IMG/VR virus record: IMGVR_UViG_3300000117_000004
Direction: 5' to 3' (one strand)
Source: a virus
Length of the DNA stretch: 38,360 bases
Within the stretch, counting starts at the first letter, position 1; every line of letters begins with the position of its first letter. The notes under the pieces were generated by a model that was not told the origin of the DNA, ran no database searches, and saw only the letters and a list, made by a program, of their open reading frames with translations. Position numbers and translations under genes: made by a program. This document shows, one piece after another, positions 1 through 7,753 of this stretch.

Positions 1-22
1 AGTACCAGCAGAAGAATTAATC

Positions 23-105
23 TCCATACTGATGATGGCCAGGGTGGTTCCCTGGCCGAAACCAATAGGTCTATGGTAACCAAAAATAAAACAAGGACAG
101 CAATC
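23..105 (+). promoter_or_regulatory. Early-operon intergenic element, copy B (duplicate of 37572-37654), with hairpin 37-57
   Basis: The hairpin is GGCCAGGG-tggtt-CCCTGGCC. It is followed by a conserved leader ending aaggacagcaatcATG. Roughly 85% identical by eye to 37060-37143. Confidence 0.6.
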
Positions 106-699
106 ATGAACATACAAGAAAAAGAAACTTTTAAAAATAGGACTCTAACCCAAATAGCGCTTAACACCGCCATTAGATACTTCATGGATTTTGCATACAA
201 TTCATTACAAGATATGTGGCAGATGAAGAAGGATGGTACTTTCTACAAGCAAACCCAGGATAAGATTGATACATACATCAAGTTAATTCTGGAATGTACC
301 AGTGACCATATGGCTAAAGTTTATGGCGCAGATATTAAGGGTTTGAATGCATATGTAGGTAATGGCTATAAAGGCCCAGGAAACAATCAAAAGTTTAACT
401 TTAGGGTTAGTGCTAGTTATTGTGATACAACTGGTAATGAGCCGCAATGGCTAACCCAGGGCAACTATATGTACGTTGGTAAACAAGCGCCAGAGTGGCT
501 TAATGCAGATGAATTTGAAGAGAACAATAAGAAATATATCCAGGACCAAAAAGATAAATATCCTATCGTATCTGTAAAGGATGCTATGACAGCACAACGA
601 CATTACATGAAGCTTAAAAAAGCTATCGATGATGCAAGACAAGCAAGGCGCGATTTTGCATACAACTTTGGTTCAGAATACTTAACAAACAACATTTAG
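106..699 (+). CDS. Hypothetical early protein, 197 aa (same gene as 37655..38248)
   Basis: ORF 73..699. I prefer the ATG at 106 because it follows the conserved leader aaggacagcaatc, which also precedes the ATGs at 714 and 37144. No recognisable motif. Confidence 0.6.
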   Translation: MNIQEKETFKNRTLTQIALNTAIRYFMDFAYNSLQDMWQMKKDGTFYKQTQDKIDTYIKLILECTSDHMAKVYGADIKGLNAYVGNGYKGPGNNQKFNFRVSASYCDTTGNEPQWLTQGNYMYVGKQAPEWLNADEFEENNKKYIQDQKDKYPIVSVKDAMTAQRHYMKLKKAIDDARQARRDFAYNFGSEYLTNNI

Positions 700-713
700 A
701 AAGGGACAGCGAC

Positions 714-881
714 ATGAACTTAGAACTAGGAATATATTATTACATAGATGATAATGGTAACAAGGTTTATGACCTTGATGTTATAGGCGATGAAATAGCA
801 GATAAGCTAAGGGACATAACAAAAGATGATGTAGAAGTCATTATAACATCCAATGGTAAACAAACATGGGAGAATAGATAG
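714..881 (+). CDS. Small hypothetical protein, 55 aa (MNLELGIYYYIDDNGNKVYDLDV...)
   Basis: Hand-translated ORF below the track's length cutoff. Its ATG is preceded by agggacagcgac, the same leader as the neighbouring genes. It fills the gap between 699 and 884. Confidence 0.45.
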   Translation: MNLELGIYYYIDDNGNKVYDLDVIGDEIADKLRDITKDDVEVIITSNGKQTWENR

Positions 882-883
882 TC

Positions 884-1594
884 ATGAGTAAAATATACAT
901 AAACAGAAACCCAGAGAGTAGCACTGAACAAGGCAGTGTAGATTTGAAAGTACGTCTAGACTTTCCACCAATCCAGCATAGCTTTTTTAATAGATGTTTT
1001 GATGATTTAAAGAAGCGTATCCAGCGTATGACCAATAATCGCAAGTTTGGAATCCATCATGACGTTCAATGGAATCCATTATGGTCCTGGAATTGGGAAT
1101 TAAGATATCTACCACTGACCAGGTTAGAGGCTTGGCGCTATGATGATTATGGTAGTGACCTAATTAAAGGGGATACCAAAGATAGTAAATATGGCTATAA
1201 ACATACGTTAAAAGACCCTAATAGAACTTATAGGGTAGCGATGAACAAACATGATAAAAGATGGCCAGTATTTATGAATTTAGACGCGCATAAATCACCT
1301 TCTCTCATAGTGTCTTTTAGCATATATGACCTGGATTATATCAATGTAGATGGTGAGATATTCATTAGTCAAAAGGAAGTATGGAACCTAGAAAAGGCTT
1401 TGAAAAGGCTCCATAAGAACTGGCTTAAGGCTTGGGAAAGTTGTTTTGCTGAAGCACAAAGCATAGTAGATGAAATTGAAGGCAAGGGCGATTTTAAAGG
1501 GCTTCCAAGATGCTTTGACAAGGATGGCAGTATGTACAAATGGTTCGATAAGTATGAGACTACCAAGTGGGAAAAAAGTAGGGCTTCAGTATGA
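884..1594 (+). CDS. Hypothetical protein, 236 aa, translationally coupled to the integrase
   Basis: Long ORF with an ATG start. Its stop overlaps the integrase ATG (ATGA at 1591-1594). No recognisable motif. Confidence 0.6.
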   Translation: MSKIYINRNPESSTEQGSVDLKVRLDFPPIQHSFFNRCFDDLKKRIQRMTNNRKFGIHHDVQWNPLWSWNWELRYLPLTRLEAWRYDDYGSDLIKGDTKDSKYGYKHTLKDPNRTYRVAMNKHDKRWPVFMNLDAHKSPSLIVSFSIYDLDYINVDGEIFISQKEVWNLEKALKRLHKNWLKAWESCFAEAQSIVDEIEGKGDFKGLPRCFDKDGSMYKWFDKYETTKWEKSRASV

Positions 1595-2697
1595 TTAAGT
1601 TACCAAATCTGTATGCTAAAAAGAGAGGCGGCTATGTTTCTTATTACTATCGCTATAAAAAGCATGGTCGCACTCAGCCTATGATACCCCTGGGTAACTC
1701 TAACAAGGATAGCATCACAATCATCAAAGCCAGGTATGTAGAAGCCCAAACCAAAGTCTGGAATATGTTGCATGGAATCGTTACAGAAACAGCAATTCCG
1801 CAAGTAGAAAAGCAAGTTTTGCTTCGTGAAATATATCCCAGATTTATAGCTGAGGTAGCGCCGCATCATGGTAAGACATTCTTAAGAGATACATACAACA
1901 TGAAAGCCTTTATAGAGTTCTTTGGAGATGTTAATCACTGGACCAGTAACCCCAAGACTGGTGGTAAAGTATCCAGTCAGTGTACCATAGATTTAGCGAA
2001 GATTACTACGTCTGATATAAACAAGTTCTATGCTAGTGACATCAGTGGTCTTTCTACATCAACTAAAAAGTCCAGGAACATATACCTAAAACCATTGTGG
2101 GAATGGCTGGTAGTCAATGAATTAGTAGACAAGGATGTATATGCGCTTAAGCATAAGCTAGGTAAGCAAGGTAAGAAGTCTAAGCCTCACCAAGTTATCA
2201 AGCGTGAAGATATCTTAAAGATTATAGACTTGACTAACTCTCATAAGCATAAGGTATTCTGGACCATTATGGCCTACACTGGGTTGGCACCAGTCGATGC
2301 TGGTAGTCTAACCAAAGATGATATAGTTCTAAATGGTACCTTCGAATGCATTATAAAGTCCAGGAATAAAACTGACATTACAGCACAGATTCCAATTGTA
2401 GGTAAACTCAAAAAGATAAGGAACTTCATTACAAATCTTAACATGTCTAAAGGTGAGCGTGATGCCGCGAATGCTGAGTTTGTAACCTTAGCTAACCAAG
2501 TAGGAATAAAACAGCGTGAAGGGCATATTTTGGCCCAGTATTGCTTACGTCATAGCCTTGCTACATTCTTAAGAACATATCTTACTGACAATGAGATACA
2601 GATGTACATGGGACATACAAACACTAAACAACAACAAACATACATTAGCCTGGAAGCATCAAAGCTTCATGATAAAATGGCTGATGCACTAAAATAG
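1591..2697 (+). CDS. int: Tyrosine recombinase / phage integrase
   Basis: The C-terminal region has YCLRHSLATFL and MGHTNTKQQQTYI. These fit the tyrosine-recombinase box II pattern (LRH ... GH ... Y nucleophile). The N-terminal SAM-like part and the 368-aa size are typical. The box I region reads YTGLAPVDAGSL, and the usual Arg is not obvious there. Confidence 0.8.
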   Translation: MIKLPNLYAKKRGGYVSYYYRYKKHGRTQPMIPLGNSNKDSITIIKARYVEAQTKVWNMLHGIVTETAIPQVEKQVLLREIYPRFIAEVAPHHGKTFLRDTYNMKAFIEFFGDVNHWTSNPKTGGKVSSQCTIDLAKITTSDINKFYASDISGLSTSTKKSRNIYLKPLWEWLVVNELVDKDVYALKHKLGKQGKKSKPHQVIKREDILKIIDLTNSHKHKVFWTIMAYTGLAPVDAGSLTKDDIVLNGTFECIIKSRNKTDITAQIPIVGKLKKIRNFITNLNMSKGERDAANAEFVTLANQVGIKQREGHILAQYCLRHSLATFLRTYLTDNEIQMYMGHTNTKQQQTYISLEASKLHDKMADALK

Positions 2698-2709
2698 GAG
2701 AAGTAAACA

Positions 2710-2940
2710 ATGATACTCGTAAAACTAAAAGATAGTAAGAATGTTAGAATTTATGGTCCATCCATAGATGCTAAATGGAATGCTTTCGTCACTCATGCCA
2801 GGATGCAAAATAAGCAACCAGGACATTTACTTGGCGAAATATTTAATAAATACTTTACTGAGAACTTAGAACAAATAACAGCTGACTGCACAAGGGAATT
2901 AGAAGAAGCAGAAATAGCATATAAAAGAAACGAGGACTAA
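2710..2940 (+). CDS. Small hypothetical protein, 76 aa, possibly ribbon-helix-helix-like
   Basis: ORF with an ATG start directly after int. A beta-strand/helix/turn/helix pattern (VRIYGPSIDAKWNAFVTHARMQNKQPGHLLGEIF) is compatible with an RHH fold. This is inspection only. Confidence 0.4.
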   Translation: MILVKLKDSKNVRIYGPSIDAKWNAFVTHARMQNKQPGHLLGEIFNKYFTENLEQITADCTRELEEAEIAYKRNED

Positions 2941-2941
2941 A

Positions 2942-3187
2942 ATGAAAATAGGAACAGCGAATAAAAAATTACCAGATGTTGTTAAGTGTAACGCTTGTGG
3001 TAGTATGGAAGAAAGGCTACCATTTAACGCGCAGATTCCAACTAACAGAGCGTTTAGAGTAGATTACAAAAAAGATTGTAAGTGGGCTGATATGCCCAGG
3101 GATTACAATGGGCCATACAGACTTGGAATGTGTAAAGCATGTGTCGTTGCCTTTGGTGGTGGTTATGGTTACCTTGACATACAATAG
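2942..3187 (+). CDS. Small Cys-rich (zinc-ribbon-like) protein, 81 aa
   Basis: CNACGS near the N-terminus and CKAC near the C-terminus. The ATG sits 1 nt after the previous stop. Confidence 0.5.
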   Translation: MKIGTANKKLPDVVKCNACGSMEERLPFNAQIPTNRAFRVDYKKDCKWADMPRDYNGPYRLGMCKACVVAFGGGYGYLDIQ

Positions 3188-3223
3188 AGATAGAAATAGC
3201 CCCTAATTCATAAGGGAGAAAAA

Positions 3224-3247
3224 GGCCCCAGCAATGGGGCTTTTTTA
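3224..3247 (+). terminator. Rho-independent terminator ending the plus-strand early operon
   Basis: GCCCCA-gcaa-TGGGGC stem-loop (3225-3240), immediately followed by TTTTTT. Confidence 0.75.
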
Positions 3248-3259
3248 TTATATTAAGAT

Positions 3260-3400
3260 ATGGATTGTAGTATCTGTAAAGAAGAAATACCTGATTACGA
3301 CCACAACGCTCAACCAGTTAATGATGGTAGGTGTTGCACAAAATGCAATGTGGAAGTTGTTATACCAGCCAGGTTAAAACTTTCTTACTCCCAGTCATAA
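3260..3400 (+). CDS. Possible very small zinc-ribbon ORF, 46 aa (MDCSICKEE...CCTKCN...)
   Basis: Hand-translated. It has a CxxC ... CCxxC pattern. It lies after the terminator, has no clear RBS, and overlaps the 3' end of the convergent gene by 16 nt. Confidence 0.25.
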   Translation: MDCSICKEEIPDYDHNAQPVNDGRCCTKCNVEVVIPARLKLSYSQS

Positions 3401-3909
3401 TTAGTCTTGATATCATACATTATTTTATCTGCATAATAATCAAAGATTTGTGAACCAATCATTGCATCATTGTAATAGAACATGTAATTATCATCTGGGT
3501 CCTTAACCATCTGCAACTTAGCTGGATAGTTTTCTAGCTTCCTGGCTTTCTTAAGAATCATATGTGCATAATCTATTTGAGTAGATGTAAGTGGTTTTAG
3601 TGTAGGGAATTCTTTTTCTCCTCTGCTATGTGCTAACCCATCCATCTGCTCAGTAACATGCCTTAATCCTACTTTTTCTAAATGGGAATAGTAATAATCA
3701 GCTAATAAATGTCTTTGCTTCTCCCCTTTAGCAATGGCCCTGATTGTATCATTAAGAATCTGCAACATGATATCTAATTGGTGCCTGGACATCTCTTTGT
3801 ACATATCATTATCTTTTAATAAAAGCGTAGTTCTTTTATTGTCAATATTCCAGCAATTATGTATGACAGATAACTGCCTCATTAAGTGCATTTTATCTTC
3901 AATCTTCAC
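3385..3909 (-). CDS. Hypothetical protein, last gene of the early-left operon
   Basis: 174-aa ORF. The track start at 3909 is GTG, and an ATG alternative lies at 3891. No recognisable motif. Confidence 0.55.
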   Translation of the reverse strand: MKIEDKMHLMRQLSVIHNCWNIDNKRTTLLLKDNDMYKEMSRHQLDIMLQILNDTIRAIAKGEKQRHLLADYYYSHLEKVGLRHVTEQMDGLAHSRGEKEFPTLKPLTSTQIDYAHMILKKARKLENYPAKLQMVKDPDDNYMFYYNDAMIGSQIFDYYADKIMYDIKTNYDWE

Positions 3910-4039
3910 TGGTGTACCTTTTGATTAATTCCTGGCGGCGCTGGATTCTATTATAAAACTTCCTATCTTCATAAGCTGTTGCAACCCAGTATGCAAAACC
4001 CATTCCGCAACAAACTAACATTAACATCGTTCCAATCAT
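3899..4039 (-). CDS. Small predicted membrane protein, 46 aa (MIGTMLMLVCCGMGFAYWVATAY...)
   Basis: Hand-translated. Its ATG overlaps the upstream stop (ATGA). It has one hydrophobic helix followed by a basic tail. Confidence 0.45.
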   Translation of the reverse strand: MIGTMLMLVCCGMGFAYWVATAYEDRKFYNRIQRRQELIKRYTSED

Positions 4040-4443
4040 GATTCTTTCTCCTTAAACGTAAAATGAACCTTTTCATCCATGTCACCATCAAACATACTTA
4101 CTAACTTTTCATCAATGTCTTTATCACTCATACGCTTTTCTTCAATACAAGCATAAGTAAGTTCCAGGTATTGTATCAGGTCCATTATTCTTCCATCTAT
4201 TTTCTCACTGCTGTATGTTCTCCCAGTCTTGATGTAGTTAATAATACTGGACCAATGTTTCTTCATGAATATGCCCAGCACTTGTAATGGGTCTAAGTTA
4301 AGGTCCTTTCCAGTAGCTTTAAAGTTTTCTAAAACATCCTGGTCACCTCTGGATTCAGTATACTCTACCCTCTTCATTTTTGCTTGTGCATCACCTCGGT
4401 CCCTAAACTTAACAATCAACTCTTCATATGTTTTTATATCCAT
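4036..4443 (-). CDS. Hypothetical protein, 135 aa, possibly all-alpha MazG-like/DUF1599-like
   Basis: The pattern ...VLGIFMKKHWSSIINYIK...EKIDGRIMDLIQYLELTY resembles, from memory, the helix pair of all-alpha NTP-pyrophosphohydrolase-like phage proteins. Weak. Confidence 0.5.
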   Translation of the reverse strand: MDIKTYEELIVKFRDRGDAQAKMKRVEYTESRGDQDVLENFKATGKDLNLDPLQVLGIFMKKHWSSIINYIKTGRTYSSEKIDGRIMDLIQYLELTYACIEEKRMSDKDIDEKLVSMFDGDMDEKVHFTFKEKES

Positions 4444-4592
4444 TAGCGGTACCTCATGCGCTTATTTAGTTTGTTCTCTAGTTGTTTGTATCGAGTAAAC
4501 CCAGCACTACCTGGTTCGATTACCCCTTGCTTATGTAGTTTGCGATAGTACTGGACCATCTTCTTTAAACTCATTAGATGTGTTTGTTGCAT
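4443..4592 (-). CDS. Small basic hypothetical protein, 49 aa
   Basis: Hand-translated (MQQTHLMSLKKMVQYYRKLHKQG...). Its stop shares one nucleotide with the next ATG (TAATG). Confidence 0.35.
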   Translation of the reverse strand: MQQTHLMSLKKMVQYYRKLHKQGVIEPGSAGFTRYKQLENKLNKRMRYR

Positions 4593-4604
4593 TCGCTATC
4601 CTTC

Positions 4605-4997
4605 CTAAACGTATTCCATGTATTCATAGAACCATTTTCTTTTTTTGTTTTGACAATTCTTAGCCCTCTTTAAGGCTAATATGATTGAGCCTTCCCCATT
4701 GTATGGGACATAGGCGCAAAGCTTTTCTTCTGTTAAGTAAACAGCCAGGTAATCAATATGGTCAGCATTCTTGATGTGCTTATGCATCTTAACTTCTACA
4801 CTAGATTTAGTTTTAAGCTTGGTAATCGTTTTAATCTGTACGCGTTTAAAGGTCCCATTGTTAAAGCATACTAAATCAGTATTTTCAGTGTCGTTACAAG
4901 TTTGAAAAACTTCCACTCCTTGCAAAAGCAAATCAGAAATGATGGCATACTCACCAGCGGACCCAATAGTGGTAGTATTCATTTGCACTTCGGGCAT
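4605..4997 (-). CDS. PD-(D/E)XK-family endonuclease-like protein (PDDEXK_5-like)
   Basis: GSAGEYAIISDLLLQGVEV ... TDLVCF ... FKRVQIKT fits the G..E / D / (E/Q)xK arrangement of small restriction-endonuclease-fold proteins. Confidence 0.5.
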   Translation of the reverse strand: MPEVQMNTTTIGSAGEYAIISDLLLQGVEVFQTCNDTENTDLVCFNNGTFKRVQIKTITKLKTKSSVEVKMHKHIKNADHIDYLAVYLTEEKLCAYVPYNGEGSIILALKRAKNCQNKKRKWFYEYMEYV

Positions 4998-5173
4998 GTT
5001 TTCTTTTCTAATTTGTATTTAGGAAAGTCCTCATAAGCTTTGATAATACCTTTCCAGTGTTCCCAAACAAGCTTACATGATGTGCAGTTGTATAGTTGTT
5101 TATCATTAACATAATTCTTTTTTGTAATTCTGTATCTATCAGAATAGCTTCTACTCTTCTCTATCTGATTCAT
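4979..5173 (-). CDS. Small zinc-ribbon protein, 64 aa from the ATG at 5173
   Basis: It has CTSCK ... CPKCK. The track start at 5230 is GTG and lies deep inside the upstream gene. ATG alternatives are at 5206 and 5173. Confidence 0.45.
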   Translation of the reverse strand: MNQIEKSRSYSDRYRITKKNYVNDKQLYNCTSCKLVWEHWKGIIKAYEDFPKYKLEKKTCPKCK

Positions 5174-5540
5174 TACCCAGTTTACCCCCCATGATTTCTT
5201 TGACATTGATACCAGCCTCAATCGCTTCACCGATTAGTCTTGTAACTGGTCCAAGTGGTAACGATACAAAAGGCGGCATTCGGTCACCGCGATATATAAC
5301 ACCCACTTCAGTTTTCTCAGGAACCAGCCAACTGGGTATCCGAGAACGTCTTTTACAACCAAGCCACCAGCCATCAACTTCAATATCACCCTTCTCATGA
5401 TTAGCCCCTCCTCGGTCCCGATTGAAACATGGAACTGAATATGTCTTGAAGGCTTTCACCGCCTCCCTCTGAAGTTCTGCCCCTCGTTGTCGATTCCTCC
5501 GACCACGCTTGACGTTCTTCGGGTTCTTTTGTTTTTTCAT
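5151..5540 (-). CDS. Putative Holliday-junction-resolvase-like (Hjc/PD-(D/E)XK-like) protein
   Basis: RGAELQREAVKAFK ... GDIEVDG ... LGCKRR resembles the G-x-x-E / D / x-K layout of Hjc-like resolvases. The gene is markedly G+C-rich compared with its neighbours. Confidence 0.4.
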   Translation of the reverse strand: MKKQKNPKNVKRGRRNRQRGAELQREAVKAFKTYSVPCFNRDRGGANHEKGDIEVDGWWLGCKRRSRIPSWLVPEKTEVGVIYRGDRMPPFVSLPLGPVTRLIGEAIEAGINVKEIMGGKLGNESDREE

Positions 5541-6450
5541 TTGCTACCTCGCTTTTCTTTGGTCTTGTTGCTTTAAAATCATGGCCACATTTGCATCCCT
5601 TCTTTACATCCCATTCATTATTTGCGAATTGTGTATCATTATATGATTGGCATTTAGGATTATGGCAGTATACCAGAATGTCTCCGAATGGACCCTTTTT
5701 GAAATCCGCGGCCTTGCTCACTTTCTTTGGCTGGTCCTTCATCCTACGTTTCCAGTTTGCCGCGGCCATTCTCCAATTCTTTATCTTTGTCTTACCACTG
5801 AACCATCCAGTCATCTCATAATAATTCCAGAATGTTTCAGCTTCTTCTACTGGAATATCTTTTTCAATAAAATATAACTTAACCATCTCCATATCTTTAG
5901 GCTTTGCAGTATACTTCTTTACTCTACTACTAACCCCAGTATTAGAATTTTTTGAAGGTTTTGTATAAATATTAGAATTATTACTTGTATTAGTATTCTT
6001 ATCTATATTATTATTATTTATAATATTATAATTATTACTACTATTACTATCCTTACGCCCCCCAACAAAGGAATTGAATAAATCATTATCATTGATTCGA
6101 CTTTGAGTCAAGTTTGAATCAGCCTTTGGTTCATCTATAACAATAACTAAACTTACGCGAGTCATTCTTGATTCAGTTTTGAGTCGCACTTGATTCAGTT
6201 TTACAAGCTTCTTTAGGAATCTACTGACAGCAGACTGCGGCCAATTTATTGATTCAGCCATCTTGCGCTGTGACATGATAAATTCATTGTCTTTTAAGGT
6301 TACCATGTTGCCATGTATAAACTTGGTATCGCCGCCCATATCAACAGCCCATTTGTAGAATTGTATATATGCCTGGGCTTCACTATATGGTTTATCATTG
6401 TTCCAAATAGGGCCATTAATCAGGTCCATAGGTACCTTTAAATGCTTCAT
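5401..6450 (-). CDS. Replication-initiator / replisome-organiser-like DNA-binding protein
   Basis: Three parts. An N-terminal winged-helix-like region (MSQRKMAESINWPQSAVSRFLKKLVKLNQV). An Asn-rich low-complexity linker. A C-terminal segment FWNYYEMTGWFSGKTKIKNWRMAAANWKRR plus a Cys cluster. The last 140 nt overlap the next gene out of frame. Confidence 0.4.
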   Translation of the reverse strand: MKHLKVPMDLINGPIWNNDKPYSEAQAYIQFYKWAVDMGGDTKFIHGNMVTLKDNEFIMSQRKMAESINWPQSAVSRFLKKLVKLNQVRLKTESRMTRVSLVIVIDEPKADSNLTQSRINDNDLFNSFVGGRKDSNSSNNYNIINNNNIDKNTNTSNNSNIYTKPSKNSNTGVSSRVKKYTAKPKDMEMVKLYFIEKDIPVEEAETFWNYYEMTGWFSGKTKIKNWRMAAANWKRRMKDQPKKVSKAADFKKGPFGDILVYCHNPKCQSYNDTQFANNEWDVKKGCKCGHDFKATRPKKSEVANEKTKEPEERQAWSEESTTRGRTSEGGGESLQDIFSSMFQSGPRRG

Positions 6451-6878
6451 CCAGTAATGACCTCGGTAATAGGAATGATAACTAATTTAGATTTCATCTT
6501 ATCACCGCCCATACATGTTTTACCCTGGAACATATATTTAGTACAGATTTGACGTAGCCGCTCCAGCGTAATGATTAGCAAGAGCGGCTCTTTGTCAGGG
6601 ATACGGATATTGAATAGCCACCAATGGGCTTCACTGGTTTGAATCCCACTGGGCTTTCCATAAGACTCTATCTCAATAGCTAGGTTGCCAGTCTTAAAGG
6701 CTTTAAAATCAGTTTTAACCTCGATTTTCCCAGCTAGTATATCTAATACTTGCGCTTCGCCATTTATGCCCTTTAAAAGGTCAATATCCCAGTTTTCAGC
6801 TGTATACTTACCATATCGTAGCTGTTCTAACAACGAATCAACTTGTTCAGTGTTTAAATTGAATTTGAGTTCTGGCAT
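6447..6878 (-). CDS. Hypothetical protein, possible PD-(D/E)XK-like fold
   Basis: GEAQVLDIL...KIEVKTD...GNLAIEIES suggests an E / ExK-type nuclease core. ATGA overlap with the downstream gene. Confidence 0.5.
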   Translation of the reverse strand: MPELKFNLNTEQVDSLLEQLRYGKYTAENWDIDLLKGINGEAQVLDILAGKIEVKTDFKAFKTGNLAIEIESYGKPSGIQTSEAHWWLFNIRIPDKEPLLLIITLERLRQICTKYMFQGKTCMGGDKMKSKLVIIPITEVITG

Positions 6879-7130
6879 CTATAAACAACATTTTTTATAT
6901 TTTTTACCAGAGTTACAAGGGCATGGCTCATTACGACCAATCTTTTTCGGCGATAGTATAGGATTCTCCTTGAGCCATCTGTAGTAGTTTTTATAACCAC
7001 CCAGGGACCTAATAAATGGTCCAACAGACTCGAATTCTTTTGGGTATCTTCTGCCATTATTATTATTTGTTTTCAACTTCTGGTATGTGGGTAAAAGTGA
7101 AAGGGGCAGATGGATAAACAAGAAGGACAA
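6879..7130 (-). CDS. SEC-C motif-containing small protein
   Basis: The C-terminus [16 protein letters not shown] is the classic SEC-C metal-binding motif (CPCxSGKKYKxCC). The track start is TTG and there is no in-frame ATG, so the start is uncertain. Confidence 0.55.
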   Translation of the reverse strand: MSFLFIHLPLSLLPTYQKLKTNNNNGRRYPKEFESVGPFIRSLGGYKNYYRWLKENPILSPKKIGRNEPCPCNSGKKYKKCCL

Positions 7131-7140
7131 ACAAACCGAA

Positions 7141-7440
7141 CTACCCCTTTCTGATTACAGAGTCACCATTACTAGTAGATGTGGAAAGGTCAATGGGTGC
7201 CTCTGCATTCCTATTAAGCAAATCTTGAATTACAGCCTGATTATTTATTTGATATGAATCCCATATCCGCATGGACATATCTGAATCATAGCCTTCAACA
7301 TTTTCTAAAAATTTTATTACACAATGTGAATCGACATACCCCTCAACTAGCGAAGTACAATTGTTTTTGATATGTTCGGTGACCTTTGGAAAAACATCAC
7401 CACAAATGTTGTCAAAGAGTATGTCGAATTCGGTTATCAT
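7141..7440 (-). CDS. Hypothetical acidic protein, 99 aa
   Basis: ORF with an ATG start, tightly packed in the operon. No motif recognised. Confidence 0.55.
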   Translation of the reverse strand: MITEFDILFDNICGDVFPKVTEHIKNNCTSLVEGYVDSHCVIKFLENVEGYDSDMSMRIWDSYQINNQAVIQDLLNRNAEAPIDLSTSTSNGDSVIRKG

Positions 7441-7452
7441 GACGTTAACAAC

Positions 7453-7749
7453 CTAAAATGGTACCTTGCTGTCATCTTTACCTGGAAAAAGTTCATCAGA
7501 CTTCTGTGCAACTTTAAGATTTAAAGTTACGCTTCCATCCTTCTCCTGGTTTTTCCATAAGCTAACAGATAGCTTTCTATCACTAGGAATACTTGACCAG
7601 TCAATTACTTTTTTGCCATCAGGACCAGTCTTTGATACTCTTGCAATATCCTCAGTAGCAGTTAATTGACCTTTAAAATCAGGTGAACCATTGCCAGTTT
7701 TATCTTCGTTGGCCCATAGTTTACCTTGATATTTATCTGTATATGCCAT
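7453..7749 (-). CDS. SSB-like single-stranded-DNA-binding protein (short)
   Basis: The C-terminal tail ...GKDDSKVPF resembles the acidic D-D-x-x-P-F SSB tip. The N-terminal part looks beta-rich. It lies directly downstream of the exonuclease gene. Confidence 0.45.
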   Translation of the reverse strand: MAYTDKYQGKLWANEDKTGNGSPDFKGQLTATEDIARVSKTGPDGKKVIDWSSIPSDRKLSVSLWKNQEKDGSVTLNLKVAQKSDELFPGKDDSKVPF

Positions 7750-7753
7750 TTGT

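Larger units (their letters stand above)
1..811. repeat. Terminal redundancy of the contig, left copy (identical to 37550-38360)
   Basis: Direct comparison: the sequence from position 1 (agtaccagcagaagaattaatctcc...) reappears from 37550 and runs to the window end. The offset is 37549 and I saw no mismatches. Confidence 0.95.

Noticed and set aside
73-105. The longer N-terminal extensions of the early ORFs as given in the track (73, 37105, 37541, 36674)
   Set aside because: The extensions run through the conserved hairpin/leader elements or use a TTG start. In each case an ATG directly follows the conserved RBS-like leader.
5401-5540. A programmed ribosomal frameshift fusing the replication protein to the resolvase-like protein
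   Set aside because: The downstream gene has its own ATG at 5540, and I saw no slippery heptamer plus structure at the junction. Read-through into an acquired gene is the simpler explanation. It stays listed as a caveat in the findings.
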